Below, in pieces: positions 11,921-24,832 of a stretch of DNA of 64,000 bases (position 1 is the stretch's first letter; each line of letters begins with the position of its first letter). Source of the DNA: Phoronis australis (Eukaryota; Animalia; Phoronida); the NCBI GenBank assembly GCA_002633005.1, contig NMRA01000008.1, positions 231,019-295,018 of the forward strand. Reading direction: 5' to 3'. A program made the translations under genes and the position numbers. A model generated the notes under the pieces. The model saw nothing but the letters and a program-made list of their open reading frames with translations, had not been told where the DNA came from and made no database searches.

Positions 11921-14043
11921 CTACAATAGAGGGCACATACTGATAAATAACAGTCAGAAACCGATCCACTGTACATTCTTGGTTTTCCCACACTTTCAAG
12001 TAGCAATGTTGGTAATAGTCACGTACTGGGGTCCCGATTTTTGAGAACCAGTTTTCTCCACTGTGTAATGAGTGTCAAACTGGTTCTCAGTATACAAGAC
12101 CTTCGTGAGTGACAACTACTTAACGCGGTGACTGATCACATGGAACCGGACAGTAGTGTCCTTCAGAGGATGAGGAGGTGATTTAATTTTTGTTTAAAAC
12201 ACGTCACGTCTAATTGCATACTCAGTTAAAAGGGTCTTTTCACGAAGTCGAAATGTTCCCCAACACCACCTACTGCGAAAAATAAGAATCTCCCAGTACA
12301 GTCAGACGGTGACATGAGTTACCAGACCCACGTGAACAGCCTTCAATACTTTCTGAAAGTCTCTGATTTATGTAACGCGTTCTATTGAGCCCAGAACAGC
12401 CAACCACCCTGGTAAGTTATACTAAAGGTGCAATTAAAACGACACTCCTGTCAGAAAGACAGCTTTTGATCTCATCTTGTTCCTAACAAAATTAGAAATG
12501 TCACTGGTTCACATCAGGTTCACATCATGTTCACATCAGGTTCACAAACTTCGGTTATTATGGTGGTTTAGTTTCAACCGCCGAAAGAGGACAATCAACA
12601 GGGGAATCCCAAGCATTATATTGAAATGAAATTCAATTCAAGCAAAGGATAAGAACATGAACACATTGGAACAGGATACACGTCTGTAAAGAAAGTGGTT
12701 TTTGACACCAGAACACGTTTCACAATAGCTTTAAGCAAAAGCAAATTTACATATTCACAGATTTGGCAAAACAGAGTGGTTGTAAATAATCCAAGCCAAG
12801 ACACATTTCCTACCTTGATCCAACATGTGTTGTTGTAGACCCTCCCACCACTTCTTCAGCTGGGTGGAGTCTTCNCCGCAGCTAACCAAAACAAAATTAG
12901 TAGCCTGGGCTTGGATTGACCAATGACAAAAAAAAGAGGAAAATTTTCCAAGTGACGTATAGTTCCACAAATAAATAGGCTCGTATGATAGAAATATTTT
13001 TTGTGTTGTAAAATTTTACTGAAATAAACACGAATAAAATTTAAATAATGATAAAAAAAGAGATGAAAAGAGGAAACTGGTGATTAAATAAGAGGAAATC
13101 GAAACCAAAAAGGAGGAAATCCTCTTAAAAGAGGAAAATTCCAAGTCCTGAGTAGCATGCCATCTAAATTTCTGGCAAGTAACGCATCACATATAACAAG
13201 GGTTTTGAAGCATAAATAGATTATCCCATATACAATGGAATACTACTGCCATATGCTATTGAGAATTCATTTGATCTGGGAACGTCCCAACGTGCGTCGG
13301 AATTTTCATCGGTATTTTTTTTGTTTTTTAGAGCATTACAACTGCTTTTTCAAGAACGACACCTTGGATTGATGATTTGGGTAGCCCAAATGATCGAGCT
13401 CAATCAAATTTGGCATTGCATACGCGAATTTACTTGACAAGGAGACTGCTCACCAACCATGAAATATGGCTTCTATCGTTGTATACAGCCTCTACCATGG
13501 TATACTGATTGGCTCTACTTTCCCGTATTTCATAGTTGATAACGTGATGTATACAACATGCATATTTTCATATGGGATAAAGCTAAAAGATACACTATCC
13601 TATATGAGGAATGTGTCAGCCCACAGGGTTACTTAAAAAAGAAGTCAGAATTATGATTTCTGATGGTTGGTACAATGAACACTACAATATGGGAAATAAC
13701 AAAAGACAGGACATATCTATTTCACTAACGCAAACACAACGCATGCTCAAAATGTATTCCTTCTAGTTTTAGGCTTCCATTTATGCTTAATTATATAAAT
13801 GTATATCGTATGCAACAACCACTTGTTATGTGTTTCCATTTACACACCAAACATTTCCAAAAGCACACCTGCCGTACACATGAGCAAGTACAAAGTTCAC
13901 AAACACGCCACTTTCCGAACACATGCCCTGGGGCATCAAGAATCACAAACAAGAAACTGGATCAAATTCAACACAATATTTCCAGGTACTGCAGTATTTC
14001 GACAGGAAATGCAAATTTGTCAGAAAGTGATTGGCCAACATAC

Positions 14044-14151
14044 CACTGTGACGGATCTCGTCGTACAACGAGCTCTTCCTCTCAAAGGGCTTCCTCTGAG
14101 GACTAGGTGACCGTATTTCCATCAGCTCCTCACAAGCGTGTTTCCATAGGA
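14044..14151 (-). CDS. RTKN: Rhotekin exon (VLWKHACEELMEIRSPSPQRKPFERKSSLYDEIRHSG)
   Basis: TGTTGTAG| acceptor, |GTATGT donor, 108 nt, phase 1-1; resembles human WKQCCDEIMKI...GSLYHEM. Confidence 0.85.
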
Positions 14152-15044
14152 CTACAACAGAGGGCACATACTGATAAATAACAGTCAGAAACCGGTCCAC
14201 TGTACGTTCTTGGTTTTCCCACACTTTCAAGTAGCAATATTGGTAATAGTCACGTACTGGGGTCCCGATTTTTGAGAACCAGTTTTCTCCACTGTGTAAT
14301 GAGTGTCAAACTGGTTCTCAGTATACAAGACCTTCGTGAGTGACAACTACTTAACGCGGTGACTGATCACATGGAACCGGACAGTAGTGTCCTTCAGAGG
14401 ATGAGGAGGTGATTTAATTTTTGTTTAAAACACGTCACGTCTAATTGCATACTCAGTTAAAAGGGTCTTTTCACGAAGTCGAAATGTTCCCCAACACCAC
14501 CTACTGCGAAAAATAAGAATCTCCCAGTACAGTCAGACGGTGACATGAGTTACCAGACCCACGTGAACAGCCTTCAATACTTTCTGAAAGTCTCTGATTT
14601 ATGTAACGCGTTCTATTGAGCCCAGAACAGCCAACCACCCTGGTAAGTTATACTAAAGGTGCAATTAAAACGACACTCCTGTCAGAAAGACAGCTTTTGA
14701 TCTCATCTTGTTCCTAACAAAATTAGAAATGTCACTGGTTCACATCAGGTTCACATCATGTTCACATCAGGTTCACAAACTTCGGTTATTATGGTGGTTT
14801 AGTTTCAACCGCCGAAAGAGGACAATCAACAGGGGAATCCCAAGCATTATATTGAAATGAAATTCAATTCAAGCAAAGGATAAGAACATGAACACATTGG
14901 AACAGGATACACGTCTGTAAAGAAAGTGGTTTTTGACACCAGAACACGTTTCACAATAGCTTTAAGCAAAAGCAAATTTACATATTCACAGATTTGGCAA
15001 AACAGAGTGGTTGTAAATAATCCAAGCCAAGACACATTTCCTAC

Positions 15045-15213
15045 CTTGATCCAACATGTGTTGTTGTAGACCCTCCCACCACTTCTTCAGCTGGGTGGAG
15101 TCTTCCGCAGCCAATGCCCATTCTCTGCTGCCATTGGTCGAGTCTCGACAGACAATGTTGAACGTGTAGGGACGCCTCCTCATGGCCGGGTCAGCGTCTG
15201 ACACTTGGGTTTG
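15045..15213 (-). CDS. RTKN: Rhotekin PH-domain exon (QTQVSDADPAMRRRPYTFNIV...LKKWWEGLQQHMLDQ)
   Basis: CTGCAG| acceptor, |GTAGGA donor; PH C-terminal helix with conserved Trp. Confidence 0.9.
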
Positions 15214-15692
15214 CTGCAGCGATAGTAGCAGGTAATATAAGCCTTATGATTTCATACAGTACATGCCAAAAGTATTCTTACAAAATGAACCGGAATTCCC
15301 TGCCAGGACGCCTATGCAAAGCTGAATTCATCATCAGACTTGCCTTCCCTCATGACTGAGAATGAAGGGGAATTTTCAGGTTTAATAGTAAGGTGGCAAA
15401 GTCATTCTGTTAGAATTGTAAAGCCATACTAGTCAGATAACAGACAAAGCCATCATGGCTGGGAAACAGAATGTTGTCTCACTACTTTTGTCTCACAAAG
15501 CAAAGTTCCAAAAACACAATTTACCTTTTCTAACGACCAGCTAAGATCTATTACAATGGATGAGACTCCTTGGTTAAGCCCGACTTGTTTTCACCACACT
15601 TCCTAACCCAGTTTCCAATCTCAACAAAACAGTGCATTTATTGTGCATGTGATATATGCACATACGCCATCATTATGTATGCTCTGAACATA

Positions 15693-16061
15693 CAGGGTGT
15701 CCCAAAAGCCCACTCACACTTCAAATCACAACAACTGTATTTTTATTGTCAGGAACAACATATTGTTTAAATTCATAAAAAAACGATCAAAAAGGAATTG
15801 CTTTCAAAACAAAATAAATGCATTTTTATTAATTTAAAATTTCTTAGCATGTCCTCGAGATTTTTGAGTTACCAGTAGCATTGTGCGACAAATCTTCGTT
15901 CTCCAGAAATGAGTAGTTTGTTTTCCATTCCCATACAGTGACTGTTCATGCAGCTACTTTCACACCAAGGTAGGTGGATCCATGGCAACTGAATTTGAGT
16001 TCCCATTGTTGTACTGAAGTGCGAGTTGTACTGAAGCGTGAGTACTTTCTAGGACACCCTG
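15693..16061. mobile_element. Tc1/mariner-type MITE
   Basis: TIR CAGGGTGTCC / GGACACCCTG flanked by TA on both sides. Confidence 0.75.
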
Positions 16062-16492
16062 TATAGCTACAGCCGAGGTGTTTCCACGGTTACCAGTACG
16101 TATAGTCTATTCAGTAAAAAATCTCAGATTATAGTTGAACAAGTCACAAACTTTGTATATTTTTGTTGGGAAGGAGCAAACGGAAGCACATTTCATCCGA
16201 AACTAAAAATCAAATCCAATTTAAATAATACAAATCTGTCCCATAGACTAAATTTGACAAGAACGTTAACATTTCTTTACAAACCACAGATTTGTATAAT
16301 ACGTGTCTTACTTTTGTGCAAATTTCAACTAATTTATTGTCAGTTTTCCCATTTCAAGTTTTTCAACCCCGTCAACAACCTCGAGAAATTTTGACAAGTT
16401 TTGTCAACTTTTTTTTGAAAAAGACCAGAAGAGAAATCCTACAACACATTCCTACGTGTAGCAGACAAGAGTTTGCTACGAGTCCCAGTTAC

Positions 16493-16612
16493 CTTAGTAA
16501 TGGGTATAGCTCGGTCGGGCTCGGTCATCTCCACGTCACTTTGATCACGCCAGCAGGATAGACGCAAGTTCTTGAGAGTGCACCAGTACTCCACCCAACC
16601 CCCACAATCATC
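16493..16612 (-). CDS. RTKN: Rhotekin PH-domain exon (DDCGGWVEYWCTLKNLRLSCWRDQSDVEMTEPDRAIPITK)
   Basis: TTTTCCAG| acceptor, |GTAACT donor, 120 nt, phase 0-0; not shown in this frame in the ORF track. Confidence 0.9.
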
Positions 16613-17702
16613 CTGGAAAAGGAAACGGACATTGAAATGGAGTCAACAACAAGATGACACGAGGTTAACAGGGCGCGTTGGTATATCCACAGCTCCTCGT
16701 GTGAAATATGTTCACAACTTGCATTGCGCAGAGTACATACACTTCTCATTTATACCGTTATCAGCAAGAACGTCAAATGGAGTTGGTTTCGTCCCCTGCC
16801 ACTAGGAAATTTTAAGATATTGCGCAGATTAAAAAAATTGTATATTTCCTGTTTCATACGGCAATTTTGTAAGTTTAGCTATTGCGGTTTACATCCTTTA
16901 TGCATTTCATAAGTGTTACAGATAATAATGATCAACAAAATAATTAGCCCTCTTTAAATAATTAAACATTTTGTGGCATAAACTGCAAAGTGGATTTTTA
17001 TCTTACTTAGCTCACCATGTTTGTTGTGGGTCTCAAACGCAGAAGTAGAACAACGCCACCTTCAGAACGAATACACAACAGAACTGCAGAATACGTTGAA
17101 TTTGATGGATTATTTTTAATTTTTGGTAATTAAAAACCAAAATAGTAGAATCAGGGTATCTGCTACAGAAATATCTCTATGACGTTCGAAAGTTTTAATT
17201 CCATGAAAGATGTCAGATTTCATGAATTTCGCCCATTTCTGTTATCACGGAAAACCTAAACTAATGAACTCCGAATACGATCCACAAAATAAGGGAATTT
17301 TTATCTTACAAAATTTTCCATTGCTATCTACACATTTTACCGTGTTTTATTTCCATGAACCTTCCATGGATGGAAACTATTTCCTGCCATTTTTTATGTT
17401 TTCCTAGTATCCAAGACAAGCGTAAGTAACAAAAGACCAATAGCCACTCCCCAAATTCAACTCTTCCATTTTGCATTAGTAGTGAATGCATTGTTGTATT
17501 GACTTAGCTTTTTAAAGCTTGGGCTGTTTTAAGCCAGTTATTTTTAATTTGGTAGACTTAATCTAACTTAAGTTCACAAATGATCTTTCAACAGGTAAGC
17601 TTGTATTGAATTTCAATTCTGTCAGAATGAATTAGGATTTGGAATTTCATAAAAAATTTTGCGAGTTTGTGGGTCACCTTGTATTTCGTATACGCTTCTC
17701 AC

Positions 17703-17901
17703 CTGAATGAACAATGTGCCACATGTGGTCTGATCCAACAGACACAGGGGCTGCGCCACCAAGCGGCAGCAGAAGTGGCCAAACAATGGCAGCTCTGTGC
17801 TGCTGTCTGCAGACTCCAACTTCAGCTCAAATGTCCCTGTCTGGTCGCTCACGTCACCTAACTTGAGGGTGGCGCTTGCAATCATTTCAAACTTTGGCCC
17901 C
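17703..17901 (-). CDS. RTKN: Rhotekin exon (GPKFEMIASATL...LPLFGHFCCRLVAQPLC...TLFIQ)
   Basis: TTTCAG| acceptor, |GTGAGA donor; strong match to the anillin-homology C-terminus. Confidence 0.93.
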
Positions 17902-18413
17902 CTGAAATAAGAAGAAATTGAAGTTTTTACATATATTCAAACACTGTCAAAAATTTGAATACTATTAGAAATTTGTGCAAATATTTTATAAAAACAGAGG
18001 AAAGACGTCAGCTTTTAATTGACTCACAAGGAACTTGAAATGTCTTAATTGTTGAAGTTGTTTAATATATAAGTTTGAATTTGTAATTGTTCTTGTGTAC
18101 TTATTTGTATTTACCTGAAAAACCAGATGAATAAAAATAGATAAATACTCATCCCAGATAGAAGATGTAAAGTTTTAAACCCCAAAGCACTTTGGTTAAG
18201 AAATCAACTTTGCCAGCTAAACAGCAACTACGTGCACCTTTAAATACACGACAGTTAATCAGTCAGGAACATGTGCACTTAAGATTATGCAACTGCAAGT
18301 ACATTTGCACTAGAACTGGCACTGGCGTTTGTGATTATGACACATTAAGGTTTATTGTTTTTGGAGAACACTTAAGGCCAAACCAATCAAATGATGCTGA
18401 CTCAGTCACTTAC

Positions 18414-18451
18414 AATATTGCACTTCCTGTGATGCCGTCAAACTCATCCTT
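18414..18451 (-). CDS. RTKN: Rhotekin 38-nt small exon (KDEFDGITGSAI)
   Basis: CTCTTTTTCAG| acceptor, |GTAAGT donor; bridges the phase-0 upstream exon to the phase-2 downstream exon. Confidence 0.8.
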
Positions 18452-19485
18452 CTGAAAAAGAGAGGAACACAACCGTAAGACAGGAAACAGTACAATGAGT
18501 CACAGAGCGGGGAACAGGAACATGACCCACATTTTCAGGAGATAGAATTACAGATATCACTTACTCGACCACTGCCACAGCAACAATGAACGCGGCTACA
18601 AGAAGAAAGCACAACGTTGTCATGCGGCCGCAGCGTGCATAGCTAATGCTAAAGACATAAAGGGCGCTCACTTTCCAAATATTTCCACGGCAGTTACATC
18701 CATTCAAAAACCTATTCTCTCCCGAATAGGAATGCGTACCTCGAATTTCACGAGGATCCATCGAAGAACTTGCAAGATATTAAGGCATATACCACGATGC
18801 ACTTTGCCTCATATTTGTATGTGAGACAGTGTGCAATAAATCACGATCTGATATCAAAACAAATGTCTTCACCAATATATCTGCTCTTCCAAAGCAACAT
18901 CACTGCATTATTACCCTTTGAGTTGAAATTAGTTACAATACACCTGATTTCCACAAATACACACCTGTGGCAGGTGAACACTTACCTGCCAGGAAAAGTA
19001 ACTTAAGGCTGTTCAAGGATCTTAGAAAAATGTCCAAATTTGGCTCAACTTCGGAACATGTCTCAGAAATGGCTGATTGGATTCCTATGAAGCCTTCAGA
19101 TAGTACGCTTTATACATTACTGCCCAAAACGCTGTCAGAGGACTTTTGTCATGATTTTCACAAAAAAGTCTTAAGGCACAAGGAGCAAAAATGAAATATT
19201 TTAGAAAACTGCGAGTGTTTTTGAAATTTAATTTTGAACATTTACATCAAATATCAATATAGTGTCCACTCATTTCTGAAAAACCGCCTCGGTATATTTT
19301 TAGCTTGTACCTGGCCCTAATTTTCCCAAATTTCCGTAAAACTGCTCAAGGCAAAGAAACGAAAATGTCCAGTTCACATCACACCTAGAACTCGAATGAG
19401 TCGGAAACAACAACTGATCAAGAAGACGCCATCCAAAATATCTCGGGTGCTTTATCAGAAATACTACTCAACGACATAGACTGAC

Positions 19486-19645
19486 CAGCCCAGACAATCT
19501 TCGTCCCACACTGCGACCCATGGAGCTGGAAAGATCGTTGATTCGCTTTTTGATCTTCTTTGGCGTACTGGCAATCGTGAGGTCGTCATGGAGGTTGTGA
19601 GTATACACCTCCAGGTGGCACTCAAAGTTGTGTGGAATGTTGTGA
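19486..19645 (-). CDS. RTKN: Rhotekin exon (HNIPHNFECHLEVYTH...STPKKIKKRINDLSSSMGRSVGRRLSGL)
   Basis: GTTTCAG| acceptor, |GTCAGT donor; resembles human FELRLELY...KLSSSLGRSSGRR. Confidence 0.9.
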
Positions 19646-20513
19646 CTGAAACGAGATCAGACTGGTTTTATGTTGAATATCGAATGAAACAGCGCGTCTT
19701 TTCTGGAAGGCGGATAAGGACAGACGAGAGAACAAAGAATACATTCATATCCCATGGCAACTTAATAAGTCCTTTAACGCGGAAGTATTCAACAGGGAGG
19801 AAAACGCAAAAATTTGGCCACCAGGAGTCGTGCCCCGTGGCTATGCCAGTGCCCAGGAATCATGGCTAGCTGTATCAGTGAGAAAAAGGGACCTGTTTCT
19901 CAAACACCCTGTTGTCGTTTGACATTCTGCTAAACATCGGTCTACGGATGGCTTAGCCAGTTCCACAAAATTAGGCTATTAAGTCAGAAAATATGTCCAC
20001 AGCTCTTAGTCAAAAGATGAAAACCCAGAGTCTGCTCAAATTGACAATAAACGAAACATTTCGAGAATCGCAAGACAAAAAATCAACTTATGTCTGCCTG
20101 TAGTCAAATTTCTGACTTTTGGGTGAAACCAAAAGACAAAAATCAACATTCTTTTTAAAAAACAGGTCTCAGATACTGCTGGCAAGAAATCTGTGGTGAA
20201 CAAGCGCCCCATCCAGCTGATAAAAAGAAAACTTGTCTACTCATAATACAAAATCTGTAGTCAGTAACTGAAAGGATTTACTTCTAACTTCCATAACCTG
20301 GAACATGAGAATAAAAATCCCTAAGAGAAACTGGTGCATGCTATTTCGCCAAAAACAAATAACAAAATTTACTAAGCCGCGAAGCTAACAGAATAACGAT
20401 TTAAAAACACCAATTTACTTGGAAACCTAGAAAAAAAAATCAGTGACCCATTATTGAACCACAGTGGCATCAAGCAGTCATTCAAGACATCAGTTCTCTA
20501 GGTCTACACTTAC

Positions 20514-20634
20514 AATATCATGGAGTCTGGGAATGTGACATCAGTCATGCTTCTGTCCACCTCAGTCACTAGCGACGTGTCGTAGATCTCAGTACCAATC
20601 TTTAAAAGGCAGAACACAGCATACCTACGGTGAT
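20514..20634 (-). CDS. RTKN: Rhotekin exon (HRRYAVFCLLKIGTEIYDT...VDRSMTDVTFPDSMI)
   Basis: CTCCAG| acceptor, |GTAAGT donor; anillin-homology domain. Confidence 0.92.
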
Positions 20635-21148
20635 CTGGAGGAAAAATGGGAGATAACTCCAGACATTCAATGATGACATCATAGAGACAACCAGGCTTAA
20701 ACTGACATATCAAATACCATAGTTAGCGATTAAAATAAACAAAATAAATATTATAGTAAGCAACAATTTATGTACAATGAATCTGCTTTATAGATAAGAA
20801 TTGGTGCAACAGATGCAAAAAAAAATAAAATATAAATATAAATTGCAGCAATATCAATACAAAATGGAGTATACCGCGAATAATTTAAAAGTACATTCAT
20901 TGTCGAAAACAACTTGATGGTGACAACCGACCCTTGACCAGTAGTCATTACTATAATATAGCCATCGGGAATTTTACGCTATGGGTGACATGTATGTCAC
21001 AGGTGAACCTTTACGTATTTCCTCACTTTCGCTTCCCCGCAGATTGCTCACCGTGATATGTGTAAACATCTGCTGTGTAGTCTCCACTACAACTCGACAA
21101 GTGGGACCGAGCAAATGCCACTTTAAACCTAGAATGGTCATGTCATAC

Positions 21149-21252
21149 CTCCTTTATTTTTAAAATGGTCTGTGTCCTTCCACATCAATGGTATCCGTAT
21201 ATCTGAGACGGCCACTTTGGCTTTGCATGGCACTTGGTTACCCTCAATGCAC
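21149..21252 (-). CDS. RTKN: Rhotekin exon (CIEGNQVPCKAKVAVSDIRIPLMWKDTDHFKNKG)
   Basis: TTGTAG| acceptor, |GTATGA donor; near-identical to human SDLRIPLMWKDTEYFKNKG. Confidence 0.95.
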
Positions 21253-22316
21253 CTACAAGACATAACAGTTCCATTCCCGTGTGAAAATTGAAGGAAGTAA
21301 TACCGCGTATTTCCGAGCAAATTTTTACCAAGAAAAAAATTTTGTCTTGAACCACAATTTTGCCGGGTTCTGAGTTCCACAATATTTTGCTGTATTAATA
21401 CTGGGAAAAATTATTCAGGAGCTGTATGGTTTGTTGATTCAATTAAAATTCTGCTCGTTATCTCAATCATAAAACTACTGATACTGGCACATGCCTTATA
21501 CAGCACTGACTGTGTAGTGTCAGTGTCTGCCAATAGGGGCGACATAACCTTCCGGTATTCGTAGATTCTTTGAGACACGAATGTGTTTTTTTCCTGAAAT
21601 ATTTCTGGGATTTCAAAATACACGAGAACAACACTAATAACAATAACGTAAAGCAGAGTTCAAAATCAAACGCCGCCTAGTGATAACAGTACAACTTTCT
21701 TGTGAAGGGTGCTAAGCTCCAGCTAAATTTTACAAGTTTTTCATTTTTAAATGCGAAGGGTGTCGCACATTATTGACAGTCTGACATCTTAGCCCCAGGC
21801 CAGAGTACAACTTTTGTATGTATTCTCAATATCCATTCCCACGGAATTGGCACAAACGGATGCAATAATCTACACTATTGGCATCCCAGCATTTTATCCC
21901 CAAGGCATGACAATGTTTTAGAGTTTCTCAATTTAAAGTGACATCGTAATCGAGGTACGCAATTTTCCGAGATCAGCCTTAGTGTGAAATCGAATCCAGA
22001 ACCTCCAGTCGCAGTCAAATTCTTCGCTAAAGGAGCGAAATCCAACTCCGTAAATACCAGAGGGTTTTACTCCTATTTGATTGGTGAAGTCACCAGCCAT
22101 GATTTCTGCGAGAATTGACGAATTATGATAAATCATGAATTCACCGCAGATTTTCTTGTCTTTTAGCCATGGTTAAAGTCAAGAACTTCAAGAAGACTCT
22201 AGCAATATTCCCAAAAATGTGTTTTTGGCCGTACAACCTAAAATGTCCTTTTAAACGCCCCAGTCCCAGTATGCTATTCCCATCTTTGCCATCTACGATA
22301 TTTCCGCAATACTTAC

Positions 22317-22510
22317 CGATTCTTTCCCATCACTTCGTCCGTTTTACGCTTCTGCAGCTCCGACATATAGCTGATCATGCGTGTATTGGATGTGAGCAGA
22401 CTTTTGGCCGCCTCCAACATCTGCGTGGGGTGTTTGGCTGCCGCCAACAGTTTGACGGTGCCATCGTGCATCTTAATCTCCACGTCAATTTTCTGCTGTA
22501 GCTCATGGTC
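22317..22510 (-). CDS. RTKN: Rhotekin HR1/Rho-binding exon (DHELQQKIDVEIKMHDGTVKLLAA...SELQKRK)
   Basis: GTCCAG| acceptor (phase 0), |GTAAGT donor; matches human DTELQRKLDHEIRMREGACKLLAA. Confidence 0.95.
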
Positions 22511-22896
22511 CTGGACAAGAATTGTCAAAGTCCATATCCTCGGTAACAAATTTAAAATACAGTATTTTCTCAATTAAGTACAAAAAATAACCTCAGCTGT
22601 AATTTCCCATTCTTGAAATGCGAGTGACATTGCTACAAATGATGGGGTGAACTTGAACACAAAACCGCTGGTAAGAACTAGCCATTTTCTGAAATTGCAG
22701 GTTACTTAAAACTTGGACAGAGACTTTAAAGCACTGGAATTTCTTAGCGCTTTTTAAATTCTTTACTATCACTTTGCCCCTAAATCGCCATTCTAGTACT
22801 GTGGGATGTTTAGACATTCACATAAATTGTTCTTCACAAGGTGTTTCGACTTGTCACTGAGTCGCGGTTGAATTTTATCATGATGAGCTTGACTTA

Positions 22897-23156
22897 CCGT
22901 ATTTGCCCTAATAAGCGCCCAGGGCGCTTCGAAAAATTCGCTTCAGGAAGGGGGTGCTTATTATAGCCCAAAAGTGGTTGAAACCCGGTCTCCGAAACAG
23001 GTGAAATCGTAAGCTAGAATTCATCAGATTTACGCTCAGTGACTCATCTGTAACCTATGACAGAGTTTCTACAAAATTGCAGTGCATTGCTATCAAACTT
23101 TGTTGTTAAATTACGAGCATTTATAGGGGCATGGAGGCTTATTAGGGCGAATAAGG
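22897..23156. mobile_element. Tc1/mariner (pogo-like) MITE
   Basis: TIR CCGTATTTGCCCTAATAAGC / GCTTATTAGGGCGAATAAGG with TA flanks. Confidence 0.75.
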
Positions 23157-24778
23157 TACTCGAGTTTGAAAACTAGCGCAATGAGTTTGAAGTAGTGGGA
23201 GATGAGTCACGTCTTAAAAATTAGGACATTTTAAACTTTTGGTACCAGTTCAGTTATTCAGTACATTTAGCCCATGACTTAATGCACAAACAACTCACGT
23301 TATGGACACGACTTCTGAATGCGTACACGAACTTTGTAATTCCAGTAGTTTTGTGTCCGTGAATGAATGGAATCTTGTTTCGTATTCGTTAACACTGTCT
23401 GTCACGACATCTAGAAGGTGCTTTTGTGCACTTACAAAACTAAAGAGCTCTAGATCAAACATTTCCTCCATAAATGTTTTGCAACATTTTGTTGAAAACT
23501 TAAGAAAATTAGCAATTTTAAATGGTTTTCTCATCAGACAAAAAAAGAATTTCGAATGGCAATTGTCAGAATTTGACGCTCTTAGTTAACTCTTAAAATT
23601 GCAAGCTACGAGCTACAAAGCTAATCATCTGCAATAAAGTACACAGATTACCCAGTTAGAATTTCAAAACTTATGCGCTGTGTAGCATACAAATAAGAAC
23701 AAAAAATAACAAAAACAAAGCATGAGACGGATACGTTGCACACACCCCAAAATGAGAGGGTATGCGGCTCACTTAGAACACTGCATGTCGTAGTATTTTT
23801 TCCAATAATAGTACTCCACGAACCCCATAATTAACACTTCCTATTTCACATAGGGGTATGAGTGCGATCAGATCCAGGCAATCCCAGAGTTCCATTTCTC
23901 ACAGGACTATCATCACCCATCCTAATACTAGCACACGCACGATCACATTACACAGTCGCGCATACATATCAAGTGGTACGTACTGTGCACATAGACTCGG
24001 AACAATACGTACACCAAACAACCACTTCAACCTTTCACATCTGTTCACAATGAGAAGTAATTGAATTTCCGACTTAAGAGTTTTTATGTCACCCCAACGG
24101 AAACTTAACAATCTGAACCAAAACCGAAATCAAAACAGAAAATTTTCAGGAAAACAAGCATTTCACAATGGCATTTACAGGGTAGTTTCATTGAAACAGG
24201 AGAGCAGATGAACATTTCCCAGTTTGACCAAACCAGTGTGAAATATTCAGCATGCAATTATCAACCATTTTCCCAGATTGTGTGTAACAGTTGTTCTTTT
24301 TTAACAAACCGACAATCAAAGAGTAAATGGATATCTATTAGCAGGAAACATCAGCATTTTTATGCTTCCCAATTTGAGGAAAATTTTTAATACTACTACC
24401 AATATCAATTTTTGCATTATTAAATGAAGGTGAAAAGTATCTAATAATTCTACATGACCCACACCACATGTAAAACAATTCTGTACATTTTTTTCATTTA
24501 AGGGGCAGGCGATCACATTTTCTTTGCTCACTTACCAAAGAAAACATTCCAACACTTTTTTGTGACGAGATCAATACTGATGAGCATTTGTGAAGAACTT
24601 TCCAAGTTTGTGATACAAAATAACTTGCTGAACATCGAGCAAGTGTGCAACAAAATCCACATTGAAAGAATGAACACGAGACTTGTATGACAGAAACATT
24701 GCTTGCAAAAAATTATTCTAAAATTAATTTTTCAGTTAGCCGGCAAGACCCGAACTAAACGCCAAGAACTCTCCTTAC

Positions 24779-24832
24779 CTTTAGCCTGTAATAGAATTCA
24801 AGAGTGAGTTGAAACAGATCCATCACGTTCAT
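24779..24832 (-). CDS. RTKN: Candidate alternative first coding exon of rhotekin (MNVMDLFQLTLEFYYRLK)
   Basis: ATG with an in-frame stop just upstream, strong donor AAG|GTAAGG, phase 0 matching the HR1 exon. Confidence 0.4.

Larger units (their letters stand above)
10541..15105. repeat. ~2.3-kb tandem duplication (10541-12874 / 12876-15105) joined by one N
   Basis: Copies differ by SNPs and indels in the first ~1.5 kb and look identical in the last ~0.85 kb; N at 12875. Confidence 0.92.

Noticed and set aside
11552-14110. Paired plus-strand ORFs of 103-107 aa
   Set aside because: Antisense shadows over the duplicated rhotekin exon and intron.
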